From Chloropicon primus (Eukaryota), in NCBI GenBank assembly GCA_023205875.1, contig CP060773.1:186001-250000 (forward strand): a stretch of 64,000 nt of DNA. The letters are read 5' to 3'. Positions 42,860 to 54,736 of the stretch are shown piece by piece (position 1 is the first letter of the stretch; each line of letters starts with the position of its first letter). Position numbers and translations under genes: made by a program. The notes under the pieces were generated by a model that ran no database searches, was not told the origin of the DNA, and saw only the letters and a list, made by a program, of their open reading frames with translations.

Positions 42860-44848
42860 ATGAGGAAGAGGTTGCGTGCATCACCGCACGCGGTTGACCT
42901 CGTCGATGGTGTTGATGATGGTGTTGATGATGGAGAGAGGTACAGCAGGAGGAGGCGGACGCCCGCTCAAGCTTGGTGGATCGCTTCCTCGGAGAAAGAA
43001 AAGAAAACTCACACCAGAACCAACGCAAACGCAAACGCAAACGCAAACGCCGTGAAGAAGAACTCATCCTCATCCTCCTCTTCTGTTCATCAGAATCAGC
43101 AGCCTCAGCTGAAGCAGCTGAAGTTGGAGGGGACGAGGACGGCGAAGAGGACGACGGCCAAGGCGACCAAGAACAAGAAGAAGTTGTTCCCAACTTCCTC
43201 CCCTTGTCCTCCGGCTGTCAAACCTGTGGTGACTGCTGAGGTGGTGGTGGTGAATGACGAGATGCAGCAGCAGGAGCAGAACCCGTCTCCCTCGTCCAAG
43301 CAGCAGCAGCAGCAGGATCAGCAGCGGGATCAGCAGCGTCCTCGTCGTCCGAACGAGAGGACCAGGAAGCGAATTCAAGCGATGCTGGACAGCGAGAGCG
43401 AGTCGTCCTACGAGGAGGAGAGCGAGGAGGAGAGTTACAGCGGAGGCGAGGTGGTGGAGGACGAGTTCGACGACTTGGGGCTGACCCCTCGGGAGAAATC
43501 AAAATCAAAACCGTCGCCCCCGTCCCCGCTCGATGACGACTTGGGTGGGCTGACCCCTCGGGAGCAATCAAAGTCAAAGTCGTCGTCTCCCTCCTCGCCG
43601 CAGACTCCGTCCCCCTCGGTGCAGTCGAAGGCGGCCAGGCAGCGCGACGACGAGGACGACGAGGAGAAGAGCATCTTGTACTGCGGGAGGGTTCTGAGCC
43701 CCGCGGCGAGCTCCTCGGGGGAGGGGAAGGTGACCCTGGTGAGGTACGACCCGGCGAGCAGGTCGTGGACCGTGAAGGTCGAGAAGGCGGGCCAGTCAGC
43801 CTCCAAGACGATGGACTGGTTTGACATCTTGAAGCTGGTGACGTCCGAGGACGAGGAGAACCTTCCGAGCCAGACGGGGATGCTTGGAAGTCCGGGGAAA
43901 GTCTTCAAGGCAAACAACTTTGTGAGCGAGATGGTCGACCTGTGGTCGAACAACCCGAACGGGAACAAGGAGCAGCAATCGTGCTCCCCGAAGGAATCGA
44001 ATCAGGGGAGCCAGGAGCTCGCCGCGAACTTTGGGGGCGGGCCCTTCTCGTCCCCCATCCAGCAGCAGGCGACGACGAGCAGCAGCGACCAGAGGTTCGT
44101 AATGAACCTCCTCTCGACTCCGGGGAGCACCGAGGTGACCCCCGAGAGCAAGCCTGCCGAGCAGCAGGCGAGTGGGACCCCCACCGCCGACCATCGCTCC
44201 GGCAGCCCCTACAAGTCCATCGTGATCCCCCGGCAGATTCTGAGCAGCCCGATGAGGAGGGCGAGGAGGGCCGCCTCGGCGGTCTCCCTGGACTCGCCGC
44301 TGTCCGCCCAGAAGGACAAGGGTCTGGGCATCGCGGTCGCCAAGGGCGTCGGGCTCTCCAACAACAGCGGGAGCAGCCCCTCCTCCTCTTTCGGCTTGAG
44401 TGCAGCAAAATCCAGCAGCGCGAGGAAGAAGCTGAAGCTGACTTGCGACAAGGAGCTCCTGGAGAACGAGCTGTGCAACTTGCTCATCAACAAGAAGATC
44501 ATCAAGCACTGGAGGGAGGGGAACGAGTGGGCCTGCAAGGACGTGAACGGCAAGGCGTTGGACGCCTACAGGATCGCGGAGCTCGAGGAGAGGCTCATCT
44601 CGACGGCGAGGGAGGCAAGGCACAACTTCACGGGGCTCGAGATCGATCAAATCTCCAGAAGGGCCCACGCGGAGTGGAGGCAGCTCAAGGAGAAGCAGCA
44701 GTTCGATCAGAACGTGAGCCCCCAGCGGCCCCTCAAGGGCATACTCAAGCACTATCAGGTGGCAAGACCCACGCCAAGCGCGAACAAGAAGGTCACCTTC
44801 TTGGCCGAACTCGTGGAGTTCGGATCGCCGATGAAGCCCATGCACTAA
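42860..44848 (+). CDS. Largely disordered SP/TP-rich protein with C-terminal GILK and KKVTF motifs
   Basis: Long ORF with coding-like codon use; small beta-rich domain (GRVLS..VRYDPASRSWTVKVE); LKGILK...KKVTF at the C-terminus. Confidence 0.7.
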   Translation: MRKRLRASPHAVDLVDGVDDGVDDGERYSRRRRTPAQAWWIASSEKEKKTHTRTNANANANANAVKKNSSSSSSSVHQNQQPQLKQLKLEGTRTAKRTTAKATKNKKKLFPTSSPCPPAVKPVVTAEVVVVNDEMQQQEQNPSPSSKQQQQQDQQRDQQRPRRPNERTRKRIQAMLDSESESSYEEESEEESYSGGEVVEDEFDDLGLTPREKSKSKPSPPSPLDDDLGGLTPREQSKSKSSSPSSPQTPSPSVQSKAARQRDDEDDEEKSILYCGRVLSPAASSSGEGKVTLVRYDPASRSWTVKVEKAGQSASKTMDWFDILKLVTSEDEENLPSQTGMLGSPGKVFKANNFVSEMVDLWSNNPNGNKEQQSCSPKESNQGSQELAANFGGGPFSSPIQQQATTSSSDQRFVMNLLSTPGSTEVTPESKPAEQQASGTPTADHRSGSPYKSIVIPRQILSSPMRRARRAASAVSLDSPLSAQKDKGLGIAVAKGVGLSNNSGSSPSSSFGLSAAKSSSARKKLKLTCDKELLENELCNLLINKKIIKHWREGNEWACKDVNGKALDAYRIAELEERLISTAREARHNFTGLEIDQISRRAHAEWRQLKEKQQFDQNVSPQRPLKGILKHYQVARPTPSANKKVTFLAELVEFGSPMKPMH

Positions 44849-44976
44849 ATCTCTAATATAGTCACATGGCTCTTGTGTAGCAGTAGGTTATCCTCAACTT
44901 TTTGTACATAACGCCGACCGACGCCGTCCACACGCACACACACACACGCACGCAGGCACCGCTTTCATTCCTATTC

Positions 44977-45330
44977 CTATTCACCGTTGTTGTTGTTCAA
45001 TCCGCCGCCGCGTGCAAACCTGGCGGTCATCTCCCTCAGCTTCTGGCGGAACAGAGGGTCGTCAGGCGAAGCGCTCCGGAAGAAAGCCTCCACCTCTGCC
45101 TTGTACTCCTTCCAATCTCTTTCCATCTCAGGGTCATTCTCAAACCCAGTGGCCTCAATCTGTTCAAAGCCTTTCTGCAATATCTGCTCGCAGATGTTCG
45201 CCCGGACTCTCTCCATGCCCTGCTCGTCCTCTGCCAGTGCCCTCATCGCTTCAGGGGTCAGCCCTTGGCTTGGCCTGCTCACTTCCTTCCCCTCCTCCCT
45301 CTCCTCGGTCATCTTTGGGGGGTCCTCCAC
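44977..45330 (-). CDS. Hypothetical protein (last exon; 5' structure unclear)
   Basis: 117-aa acidic helical ORF preceded by a plausible acceptor near 45333. Confidence 0.4.
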   Translation of the reverse strand: MEDPPKMTEEREEGKEVSRPSQGLTPEAMRALAEDEQGMERVRANICEQILQKGFEQIEATGFENDPEMERDWKEYKAEVEAFFRSASPDDPLFRQKLREMTARFARGGGLNNNNGE

Positions 45331-45846
45331 TTGTCAGGAGCAACAAAAGGTAAAAACCTAACCAGCAGTCTCACAAAAGGCGATCCCCTTTCGAGAAGAG
45401 GAATGAAAGACACGAAGGGTTCCTCTGGCTTGTCCTCCTCCCCTCCTTCTCTGTCCTCCTCTTCCTCTGCTCTCCAACCCTGCCCTGCCAAGAGTTTGAT
45501 CGTGTCCTTGGGATGAATGCACCACCAAAGGGGTAGGAAGAGAGAGGGAGGCTTCCGAAGGCCTTTGGATGGACTTGATCGTGAACTGTGAGAGTGATTG
45601 TGCGTAATTGTCCAACAGAGGCCTGATCACTCCCAAGGCTTCCTCCAATCAACCAACAACGCACGTCCAGCATATAGATCGAACAGGAAGGGAAAGGGAA
45701 AGCGACTCCAACGACGTGGAAACTTCCGATTTTACAATTGAGATAGGATACTTCTTCGCCTTCTACTACTGATCACTCTTCGCTTTCTAGTTTATTTCAA
45801 AGGTTGATTCCCTTGGTCGGTCGACGTCGGGCGCCCGTGCGATCAC

Positions 45847-46764
45847 TTACGACGTGTCCATGGCGTTGTTCTTCTTCCTGCCCCTCTTTGGGAAAGCTTT
45901 GGGAGTCGTGGCGCCGGACTTTCCCAGTCTAGTGAGGACCTGGCTTTGAGGCGGCTGGACTTCCAAAGCTGCACCGTCGAGCAGGTTGCAGCAACGAGAA
46001 AGGCGACGAGGGAGATGTTTCGGTTTCGTTCAGTTCACCCCGAGTCCTGTTTCCCAGCTGCGGTGGCTGTTCTTACCTTGAATCTGCATGACCCTTCCGT
46101 CAAGCGTCCTCCCGTTGTATTGCTTCACGGCCTTGAGGGCGTCCGCCCTGTGCCTGAAGATGACGTCAGCAGTGCCCTGAGACTTGCCTCCCTCTCTGAA
46201 GTGGATGTTGTGAGCCTTCAGTGGTCCGCACTCCCCGAATAGCTCCCTCAAATCCTTGTTCGTGACTCCAAAGTCCAAGTTCGAGATGAAGAGCTTCATT
46301 CCGTAGTCCGGCTTTTTCGCCTTTCCTTGGACGTTCTTCGACACGATCTTGGCCTTGGTGGAAACGATCTTGCCGCTCTTGTTCTTCGTCACCTTCTTCT
46401 TGATGGTCACCGTCTTCACACCGCCCACGGGCGTTCCGGCCTTCTTCGCGCCTCCGGCCTTCTTCTTGCCTCCTGCGCAGAGACAACACAACGACAACAC
46501 GACAACAACCAAGAAAAAAAAAAAACAAAAAAAAAACAGAGCAACAGCAGAGAAGCTCCCGCCTTCAGTACTCAAGCGCTTTCACGGGATGCGCTGCGTG
46601 TGGTCCTCCACCTGTCTCGTCACCGCCGTCGTACCTTTAGAGCCCGGCGTCGTCTTGGCCTTGGTCTTGCCACCTGCTGGCTTTGGCGACTTCTTCTTGT
46701 TCACCTTCTTGCTCTTCTTAATCATGTCGTCCAGGGACATGCCCAAGTTCGCTTCCGTGTTCAT
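45847..46764 (-). CDS. THOC4: ALY/REF mRNA export adaptor (THO complex subunit 4), spliced
   Basis: N-terminal [10 protein letters not shown] box; [54 protein letters not shown]; last exon ends NAMDTS*. Confidence 0.88.
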
Positions 46765-47882
46765 CTTGACGGACCGGGATATGGATGTTCTTGGCTCTTC
46801 TCTTCTCCAGCAAAAGCTTGACTCAGATCACAACACAGATGATCGATCGGATCTCTCGTCGTCGTGTTCTCCGTTTGAACTCCGCACGAAAAAAAAAAAC
46901 GAAAAGAGCGAGGACGTCGGCCGTTACGACAACTGCTGCTGGTCCACGGGAGCGAGGCGTTACACCGCGACGCGTTCGAGCAAACTACAGAACACGAGTG
47001 ATGATCCCAAGACAAAAACAAACAAGCAAAACTTCCCTTTCAGTTCCCTCATTCCAAGAACCTCTCGTCATTCGCTTCGAGTAACACGTCGTTCGAAAGG
47101 TCGCGAGACAATGCATCCATCGGTGACCCCCTCCGCTTCCCCGTCTCTCCCCCCTCTCCCCCCTCCTCGCCTCAAACTCACCTGGATCAGGCGAAAACCA
47201 AAGGAGGAAAAAAAAAACAACGTCTCAGCCTCTCAATTCCTCAATTCCTCACGAAACCTTTCGAGCGACACGTCGTTCGAAAGTTCGAGACGTAACGCAT
47301 CCGATGATGATTCGTAACGCCTCTATTGCTCTCGTCCGTCGCCGCCCTTGTCGTCCGAAAAGGGCCTACTCACCTCTCCGGTTTTTCGACTTCGGTTTTG
47401 ATATTTTTTCTCTCTCTCTCCTTCCCAAAATCGTAAAGGTGAACGAAGGAGAGGAGAGGAGAGGAGAGGACGAAGTTTGGCGGTCACCAAGGCAAGGGGA
47501 GGGTGGATACTTGCCAAGATAAACCAACTCATCGAAACTAGAGCTCACTATCTTTCGAAAGAGCCCTCACTCGACTCGGTTTACCCCCTGGTTGATCGAG
47601 AAAGGTGGTGCAGAAAGCCTCTGTGAGTGTCAGTGTCCGTGAGTGTTGGAAAGGAGTCCACAAAGTTGTGGACGGTCAAGGAAAGAGCGAGCGTTGAGAG
47701 GGTCGTGAGCCAACCAACCAAAACGTGCGTCCCAAGATCTTTCCATCCACTGCTGGACTCGCTTGCTTTGTGCTCCGAAGCGAGTGGGCAACCCTTCCTA
47801 ACACGATACTGCAGCAGCAGCAGCAAAGTGTCCTCCTCCTGGCGAAGAGTTTGAGCCTTCTGTTCCTCAAGCAGCAGCCGCA

Positions 47883-48644
47883 ATGAATGGCCAAGGGGCC
47901 ACGACGACGGGTGGAACGGCTTTGGGGATCCCAGCCCTGTTCGGTGCTCGAAGCAACTTCCGGCTCTCTACGACCGAACAAGTGGACAGGGTCCTTGCCC
48001 AGGACCCCCAGAGTCACAGCCAGAGCAACGTGCAGTGGGTCCTTGTGTCGCACTTCAAAACCGGAGGGTGCTACAAGGGAAAGAGGCACGCATTTCCGGA
48101 TCAGATGCCGCCAGAGCTCACGCACTTGGTCACCCACCACGAGTGGATGAACCAGGTCTATCCAGAAGTATCAGAGTGCCTCGAGCGTTTCACGGACCCC
48201 TTAAAGTACAACTACATCCACACCTTCCTCACAGTGCTGCTGGTCCTTCAGCTCGGCCTCTTCTTCATCGGCGAGGCTGCAGGGCGGGCAGCCAACTCGG
48301 GCGGAGGCATGACAATCGCGATGGGCTTTCCCATCGGCTTTCTTGTGTACTTCTCGGTTCTGGATGCCAAAGCAGGTAAGTGTGGGCTTCTTTTGCATTC
48401 CCTTTTCATGTTCTTGACTGACTTTTTTCGCTTGAAAGGACAACTGCTGCAGTTGAAGTTGAACAGCCTCAACACTTACTTTAGCTCGAGAGGGATTAGT
48501 TTCTACATGCTGAGACACGGCAAGGGAGGCCTTTCGAACTTCAGCATCCACTGCAGGATTGTCAGTGCCGCTGCCCAGCAGCATGCTTCATACGCAGGAC
48601 CGCCTCAGCAGCCGCCGGCTCCGATAACGCACTACGTGGTGTGA
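47883..48644 (+). CDS. Hypothetical two-TM membrane protein (weakly Erf4/golgin-A7-like)
   Basis: FPDQMPPELTHLVT..two hydrophobic segments..LNSLNTYFSSRGISF. Probable intron ~48376-48439. Confidence 0.5.
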   Translation: MNGQGATTTGGTALGIPALFGARSNFRLSTTEQVDRVLAQDPQSHSQSNVQWVLVSHFKTGGCYKGKRHAFPDQMPPELTHLVTHHEWMNQVYPEVSECLERFTDPLKYNYIHTFLTVLLVLQLGLFFIGEAAGRAANSGGGMTIAMGFPIGFLVYFSVLDAKAGKCGLLLHSLFMFLTDFFRLKGQLLQLKLNSLNTYFSSRGISFYMLRHGKGGLSNFSIHCRIVSAAAQQHASYAGPPQQPPAPITHYVV

Positions 48645-48734
48645 TCCGGGAGCGATTGATGGTTGTACACTACACAGAATTCGTAAAACTCGTTCAATTG
48701 TGGATTTGTTTAGAACTAAGTTTTGCCCTAAAAC

Positions 48735-50559
48735 CTACTGCCCTCCGTGAAAGTGGGATCTCACTGCCTCCATGATGGATTGTGCCAGCTGGTCAGCCCC
48801 TTGCTGGGTCTCAGCTTCCGCGTAAATTCGAACGATGTCTTCGGTTCCCGATGGGCGCACAAACGCACGGCCGAGGCTTGCCTTTGAAACGAGTTCATCG
48901 ACCTTCACTTGAAGCTCTTGGGGCTGCAGTATCTGCTGCTCTGCGTTCGTTGTCTTGATCTGAGACCTGTCCGGCACGACGCATTTTAGCATTCGGCTGG
49001 GAACGTCTCTGTACAGGTCGCACCATTCCCGGTGAGTCCACTTCTTGTGCGTTAGGATCACGTACACCAACAGAGCCATCGACAGGGCGTCGCCCACGGA
49101 AGGGTTTACGATGTCAGACAGCTCCAGCAGATGCATCGCACCTCCGTTCCCTTGCGGGACTTTCCTCAACCTCTCGAGAAAGCTCTCGGAAAACAAGACC
49201 GTCCCGTGGCCATTGGCTTCAAAGTAGACCGAGACATCAAAAGCGAGAGCCGAGTGGTGGAGGTGCTTCACCCCAGTCTTTGTTTTGACCACGCTCAGAC
49301 CGAGATTCTCTTCAAGGTATCTCGTGGAGCTTCCGTTCGCGTAGGCGGTCTGGATCACCCCGATGCTTGGCTTCGGCCCTGTCATCGCCCCGTCGAGCTT
49401 GGAGAGGCAAGACTTGAGGTGGGCCGCGATCAGACAAAGGATTTTGTCGCCATCGAGGAGGTCTACGGACCCCGGTGCCCCCTGACCCGACTGCCCAGCT
49501 CCGGGCAAGAAGAAGACAACTCGGTCGGCATCGCCATCGAGGCTCAAGCAGAGGGAATCACCAGGCAAGTCCACAAACGTTTCGGGAAGAACTTTCTCCT
49601 TCTGGACGTAATCTGCTCCGCATAGGTGGTTCACGACCCCTCCTCCGGTGTTCTTCAACGTCACCACGGTCCCTGCGTTCGATATGGCTGACACAACGCT
49701 CGGCGCTTTGAGTGCACCAACGCCGTTGGCGCAATCGATGATCAGATGACCCACCGGTTTGCTGCCCTGACCCGATAGCAGCCTGGAGCACCCTTCCCTC
49801 AATTTGTCAAAATAATCGCTCTCTTCCGACGGCTTCCCGCAATTCTTCATCAGGACCTGCCAGTGCAGCTGCGGCGTCGTTCTCAGCGTGTCCGTCGACC
49901 CCAGTGCCTCGCAACCCGCGGCCTTCACCCCCGCGATTGCGGCCGCGATCAAAGCCTCGCCCGTGGGACGAGTATCTCTCGCCAGGAGGACAACACCACC
50001 GGAAGCGGCGACGCACGTATTCTCGGGGCGCAGCACCTTCAAGACAGGGCATCATGGGAAACAAAAGCCGAACAGATCGAGTCGAGCGAGTTAGTACTGG
50101 CTTCCCTTCCTCCGCACAGAAAGACTGAGAGAGGGGTGCAACAGTGGTCTGCTTTGCGCGGCGCGGACACCACACACTTACAATCTTCTCCACAACCTGT
50201 TGGAGTTCCTGGCTCGATTGAGCGGCCACAACCTCTTCGGCATACTTCTCCCAAGACATGTGAAGCATCCCTCCGTCACCATCCACGAGCTTGATCCCAT
50301 TGTCCTCCACTGGGTTATGGGAAGCCGTGACAACCAAACCAGTGGCTTTCCCATCCAATGCTCTCGACCTCAAGCCAGCGAGCAAGCCGCAACGAAATGC
50401 CACGCCTCTCAGCGTCTCCCCCTTCCTCCTGAACCCCGCAGTCCCGTAACTGATCTTCACTCGACTCCTCCTCTCCTCCTCTCCATCAATCGTCTTCCAA
50501 AGCTCTCGGAAGAACTTGTCATCCTCTTCACGAACTTGAAGGTGATCCTGATGCCTCAT
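48735..50559 (-). CDS. PGM3: Phosphoacetylglucosamine mutase, spliced
   Basis: SYGTAGFR, VTASHNPVEDNGIK, DCANGVG, SLDGDADR, QTAYANG, YFEANGHG, RAFVRPSGTED. Intron ~50040-50180. Confidence 0.95.
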
Positions 50560-50589
50560 TCCTCTTCCTCGTGAAACAAACGACCCGTC

Positions 50590-50920
50590 AAACGAAAGAG
50601 CAAGAGACGAAGCTTCTCTCTCTGCAACTGTCCTCCCTTCCTCTCCCTTCCCCTCGCTCTCGTTCCCTCTGGACGGACAACTTCTCTCTCTCTCTCTCTC
50701 TGCCGTGTTCGATCGAAAGAGAAAGGAGATCAAATCCTATTCACTGGGTCAAAATCCTCGAGGCTGCACTCATTCGAAAGAGAAAGAGACGAAGCTTCTT
50801 CCTATGCACTTCTCCTCCCTCTCTGTCTCCTGCCCTCGCTCTCGTTCCCTCTGGACGGAACAACTTCTCTCTCTCTCTCTCTCTCTCTCTGCCGTGTGTT
50901 CTGATCGAAAGGGAAAGGAC
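50590..50920. repeat. Repeat family D (two tandem ~185-bp units)
   Basis: Two units GAAAGAG.AAGAGACGAAGCTTCT...CCCTCGCTCTCGTTCCCTCTGGACGGA..; reverse complement at ~56225-56460. Confidence 0.88.
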
Positions 50921-51329
50921 AAAGCATAACGGGCGAGCAGGATGGTGATGGTGATGGTGATGGGTGATGGTGATGGTGGGATTGGAAGGGGGGACTAGGG
51001 GGAAGAGGAAGGGCAGTGATGCAGGCGGAAGCATCGGGTCACGATCTTTCCATAGAGCATTCAATTGTTGAGAATGAAGCTCTGGTGGGGAAGTTTTGAT
51101 GTGGTGAGGTGGCGTGCACGGCGTACCCGCTTGCGAGAGGATTACTACCAAACAACAAACAAAACTATTCATCAAAATGATCAAAAGCCCCTCTCCCCTC
51201 TTTGGCAAGGGCGAGAGCAATCAGCTTTGACTCTTTACACACAAAAAAAAAACCTCTACACTCTCGAGTCGTAGATCCTCACCCGAGGATAGGATGAAAC
51301 CGTCGCCTGTCGTCGTCGTTGCGTCGTCC

Positions 51330-52198
51330 TCAAGCCTGCTGCTGGAGGGAAGACGACTCACTCGAGGAACAGGTCAAGCTGGCGCTAAAGTACTCGTCCA
51401 CGTCCACTTGGTGCAGACCACCGTAAAAGTCCAGCAGGTTGAGCGAATCGATCTTCAGTTCGTAAGGCTTGAAGCCGTGGTTGGGAGGCCAAGACTTGAT
51501 CGCAGGATGCCTTGATGCAAGCATCTCGATCGCGTAGTCGGCCTCGTCGTCCGAAACCGGCGCGAGGTCGCCCACGACCGTCATCTGCGAAGCGAGCCAG
51601 TCGAAAGCATCGTTAGAGAGAGAGAGAGAGAGAATAACCACGGAGGACAAAAGCATTCCCGAAATTAGGCGACACACAAGGTCGATCGGCTCACCTTGGC
51701 ACAAGTCGGGTCTTCCGCGTCCGTCCCTCCACAACCCAAGCTGGCCTCGGCCACGGTGAAAGAGACTTTGGGGTTCTCCGCGGCATCCCGTGCCGTCTCA
51801 TCCATCGTCGTCAGGTAGTAAAACAACCGGCCAGTCGAGTTGCACACCGGGCCGTCTGACAAGTCCACCACCTGCAGGCAGAAGAGGCCACCGCGTCAGG
51901 AGTTGAGCAAAGAAACCAATGGATGGTGAATCCAAACACTTACATTGGTCCAAGGCAATCCAGTGGCGATGCTTGTGGTCCCCATGACCCCCCACAAGCT
52001 CATGTGAGTCAAGTACCTGGCCATCTTCGCATAGTCTGTATAGGGTGGCCTTGGGATCGATGCCACCATCCCTGTCACCTCTTTGGTGCCATCATGATCC
52101 ACGTGTTGATCAAAAGATCGAGCTCCGTGAACACCACATGCTTGAATGAGGCAAACACAAACAAAAAACAAAGAAACAAATGGAAGATTCTCTCTCAT
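51330..52198 (-). CDS. CREG1-like FMN-binding split-barrel secreted protein, 3 exons
   Basis: Signal peptide; AKMARYLTH..WGVMGT; SDGP..STGRLFYYLTTMD..DAEDPTCAK; SRHPAIKSWP..H..LDFYGG. Confidence 0.88.
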
Positions 52199-52454
52199 CT
52201 TCTTCTTCTTCGTCATCATCAACATCAACAATCTGTCATGAAAAAAACAAAAACAAAACAAAAACTTCATCAGCTTCTCTCTTCCAGCCTCAACACGACG
52301 GCGTGCGTTACGAGTGACCACTCGTTGGAAAGAGGAGGACGTAACGGCAGCGGTGGCGTGAACCAAACCAGTCGTGACACTTTATATTTGCATCCTCTCG
52401 TCCACAACGCGTCACTGGCTCCAAACACCTCCATCCCTTTCTAAAATCCTCATC

Positions 52455-52995
52455 AGAGCGCCATCTTCTTCGTGCGACCACTCATTGGAAAGATCGCGAG
52501 ACACTCTTTCCATCAATTCCTCCCTCGTCCTCTCCCTCTCTTGTTGCCGTCCTCGTTGTCGCGCTGAAGTTCACTCACTCACCTCGGTGCTCCTCCACCC
52601 GTCGCCTCGTGGAAAAGAAAGTGAGACCCCATCGGGCGGCGAGGAACACCGAGGTGAGTTCAGGGAGCCAGGGGACGACGAGGACGGGGGCCAGAGCGGA
52701 CGAGGGAGGTATTGATGGAAAGAGCGGCTCGCGAGCTTTCCAATGAGCATCCGCACGAAAAAGATGGCGCTCTGACGAAGATTTGGGACGACTGAACGTG
52801 TTGTTTTCCGCCGTTTTGGGTTCCATGGGTGCCGCCTTTGCAGGTGAGTGAGCGAGGACACGGGGGCCAGAGCGGATGAGGAAGGCATCGATGGAAAGAT
52901 CATCTCGCTCTCTTTCGTTTGAGCATCCGCAGGAAGGAGATGGCGCCCTGACGAGGGATTGAAACTGAATTGAAGGGTTTTGTTTGCATCGTTTT
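52455..52995. repeat. Composite repeat (family C plus arm) in the CREG/DUF2045 divergent promoter
   Basis: ~75-bp imperfect TIRs AGAGCGCCATCTT.TTCGTGCG..CTCATTGGAAAG at 52455 and 52775; a third arm extends to 52995. Confidence 0.88.
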
Positions 52996-53194
52996 TTTCT
53001 CTTTCCTCTTGATCATGAACAAGGCAGTGAGGCACTTGGAGCTTGCCTCGGCGCGTGTTCGGATTCATTGTCAATCCAGGAAAGGCGAATCGTTTGTGTC
53101 CGAGTCGAGCGTTACTCTTCTTCCTTTGAGCGTTACGAGAATCGCGCTGGATGCCAAGGAGTTAGTGAGTTCGTTGCTGAGCTTGGTCATCCCT

Positions 53195-54637
53195 ATGGCT
53201 GTTGAGGAAGGAGGGAGTGGAGGCGGGGCCGTCGCCGTGCCGCTGGAGGAGTCTGAGGTCGATCCCCTCTCGAGGCAGGGCGACAAGGTGGGTCCCGAGG
53301 GGGGTGGAAGCAAGGGGCAAGACAAGGAGGAGGAAGGGGTGAGCGCTTACGAGGCTATTATGGGAACCGTGAGGAGCTACGCCGTCCGAACCCTCGGTGC
53401 GGCCGCGACGCCGGAGGCGAGCTCGGCGGGAGGCAAGGGGGAGAAGGGCGGCAAGGCAGACTCGGAGTGGGGGGGTGCTGAGTATTGGCAGGATGAGCAC
53501 TGGCGGACAGCGCTGGAGGAGCTCTTTTACAACAATCGCGAGAAGCGGAAAGAGAAGCAGGACGACATGGTGTTCTACGTCTACGACCAAGTCTTGAACG
53601 AGAGGTGGAAGTCCAAGAAGAAGGACAAAGGGGGAGCGAGCAAGAGCGGCAAGCTGGATGTCACGGTGCGGCGGTTCGGCTCCGGGGTTTTGAAGGATGA
53701 GGATTTTGGAGGCATCCAATGGATGGAGAGCGTGTACTTGAATCTCTTGCTGCACACGACCTACACCTGCACCGTTGCCATCTGCAGCAAGACGGCCTTG
53801 GAGAGGCACAAGAGCGGCCAGGCCGAGCCGGCTTTGCCCGTCTTCAAGACGTCGCGGCAGGTGTACGCGTCCCACACCCACATCTCCATCAACCTCAAGA
53901 CGAACTCCGGCTCCGGCAAGTTCGACAAGAAGGACAACTTTGATTTCAAGAACGCGGTGGAGCTGGCGTACCCTCAAGTGTACTTCTCCATCGACGATTT
54001 CGAGGACGCCTTCGAGGACTTGATTGTGGAGGACGAGGACCACTGCCTCTGCGTGCTGCTTTACGCCAGGGATGGACCGACGTTCAAGTGGAAGGGGTCC
54101 GCCGCGGCGACGGCCCAAGGGGACCAGGGAAAGAAGAGCAATAACCTGGGGCAGAACAAGAAGGTGTCCCTCTTCTCTGGCTACGTGCCGTACTCCCACC
54201 TTTGGAAGGCCGTGAGCAAGCAAGCGAGGGGCACGTCGGTCGGGGGGTTTCTAGGAATCTCGAGCGGGTCCGCGACGAGCAACGAGCAGCCAGAAAAGTT
54301 GGTCATGAGGGGCCCCGGAGGCAAGGGCCACGCGGAGGTCGCCGTCACGCTCCTCAACAGGAAGACCGTCCACACGACAGACCCTCTTCCTGATCCGTCG
54401 GAAGGGGGAGAGGGGGCTGAGCAAGTCCGCAACGCGGACGAGGGGAAGAGGGGGCTGAGAGGGTTATTCGCAGCGATGCAGAGCAACATCTCTCTGCCCA
54501 TCATCGGAAGCAGAAGCCCGAGCAGTGCCACGACGAGATCAAAAACGACGCAGCACATACGGTGTTGCCTGATGAACGTCAGCCTGCCTTGGCAGTCCCT
54601 CTGCCACGACATCCTAAAGTCGAGCAGAATGATGTGA
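53195..54637 (+). CDS. KIAA0930/DUF2045-like protein
   Basis: DDMVFYV, WMESVYLNLLL, VYAS, YPQVYFSIDDFEDAF, LFSGYVPY, MRGPGGKGHAEVAV. Confidence 0.82.
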   Translation: MAVEEGGSGGGAVAVPLEESEVDPLSRQGDKVGPEGGGSKGQDKEEEGVSAYEAIMGTVRSYAVRTLGAAATPEASSAGGKGEKGGKADSEWGGAEYWQDEHWRTALEELFYNNREKRKEKQDDMVFYVYDQVLNERWKSKKKDKGGASKSGKLDVTVRRFGSGVLKDEDFGGIQWMESVYLNLLLHTTYTCTVAICSKTALERHKSGQAEPALPVFKTSRQVYASHTHISINLKTNSGSGKFDKKDNFDFKNAVELAYPQVYFSIDDFEDAFEDLIVEDEDHCLCVLLYARDGPTFKWKGSAAATAQGDQGKKSNNLGQNKKVSLFSGYVPYSHLWKAVSKQARGTSVGGFLGISSGSATSNEQPEKLVMRGPGGKGHAEVAVTLLNRKTVHTTDPLPDPSEGGEGAEQVRNADEGKRGLRGLFAAMQSNISLPIIGSRSPSSATTRSKTTQHIRCCLMNVSLPWQSLCHDILKSSRMM

Positions 54638-54736
54638 GCGCTAGTGGTATCGTGATGATGTGTATATAAGATTCATTCTTCAAAAACAAGGCCTGAAAAG
54701 CTGTTGTTGTTGTTGTTGTTGTTCCAGAGTCCTGCC

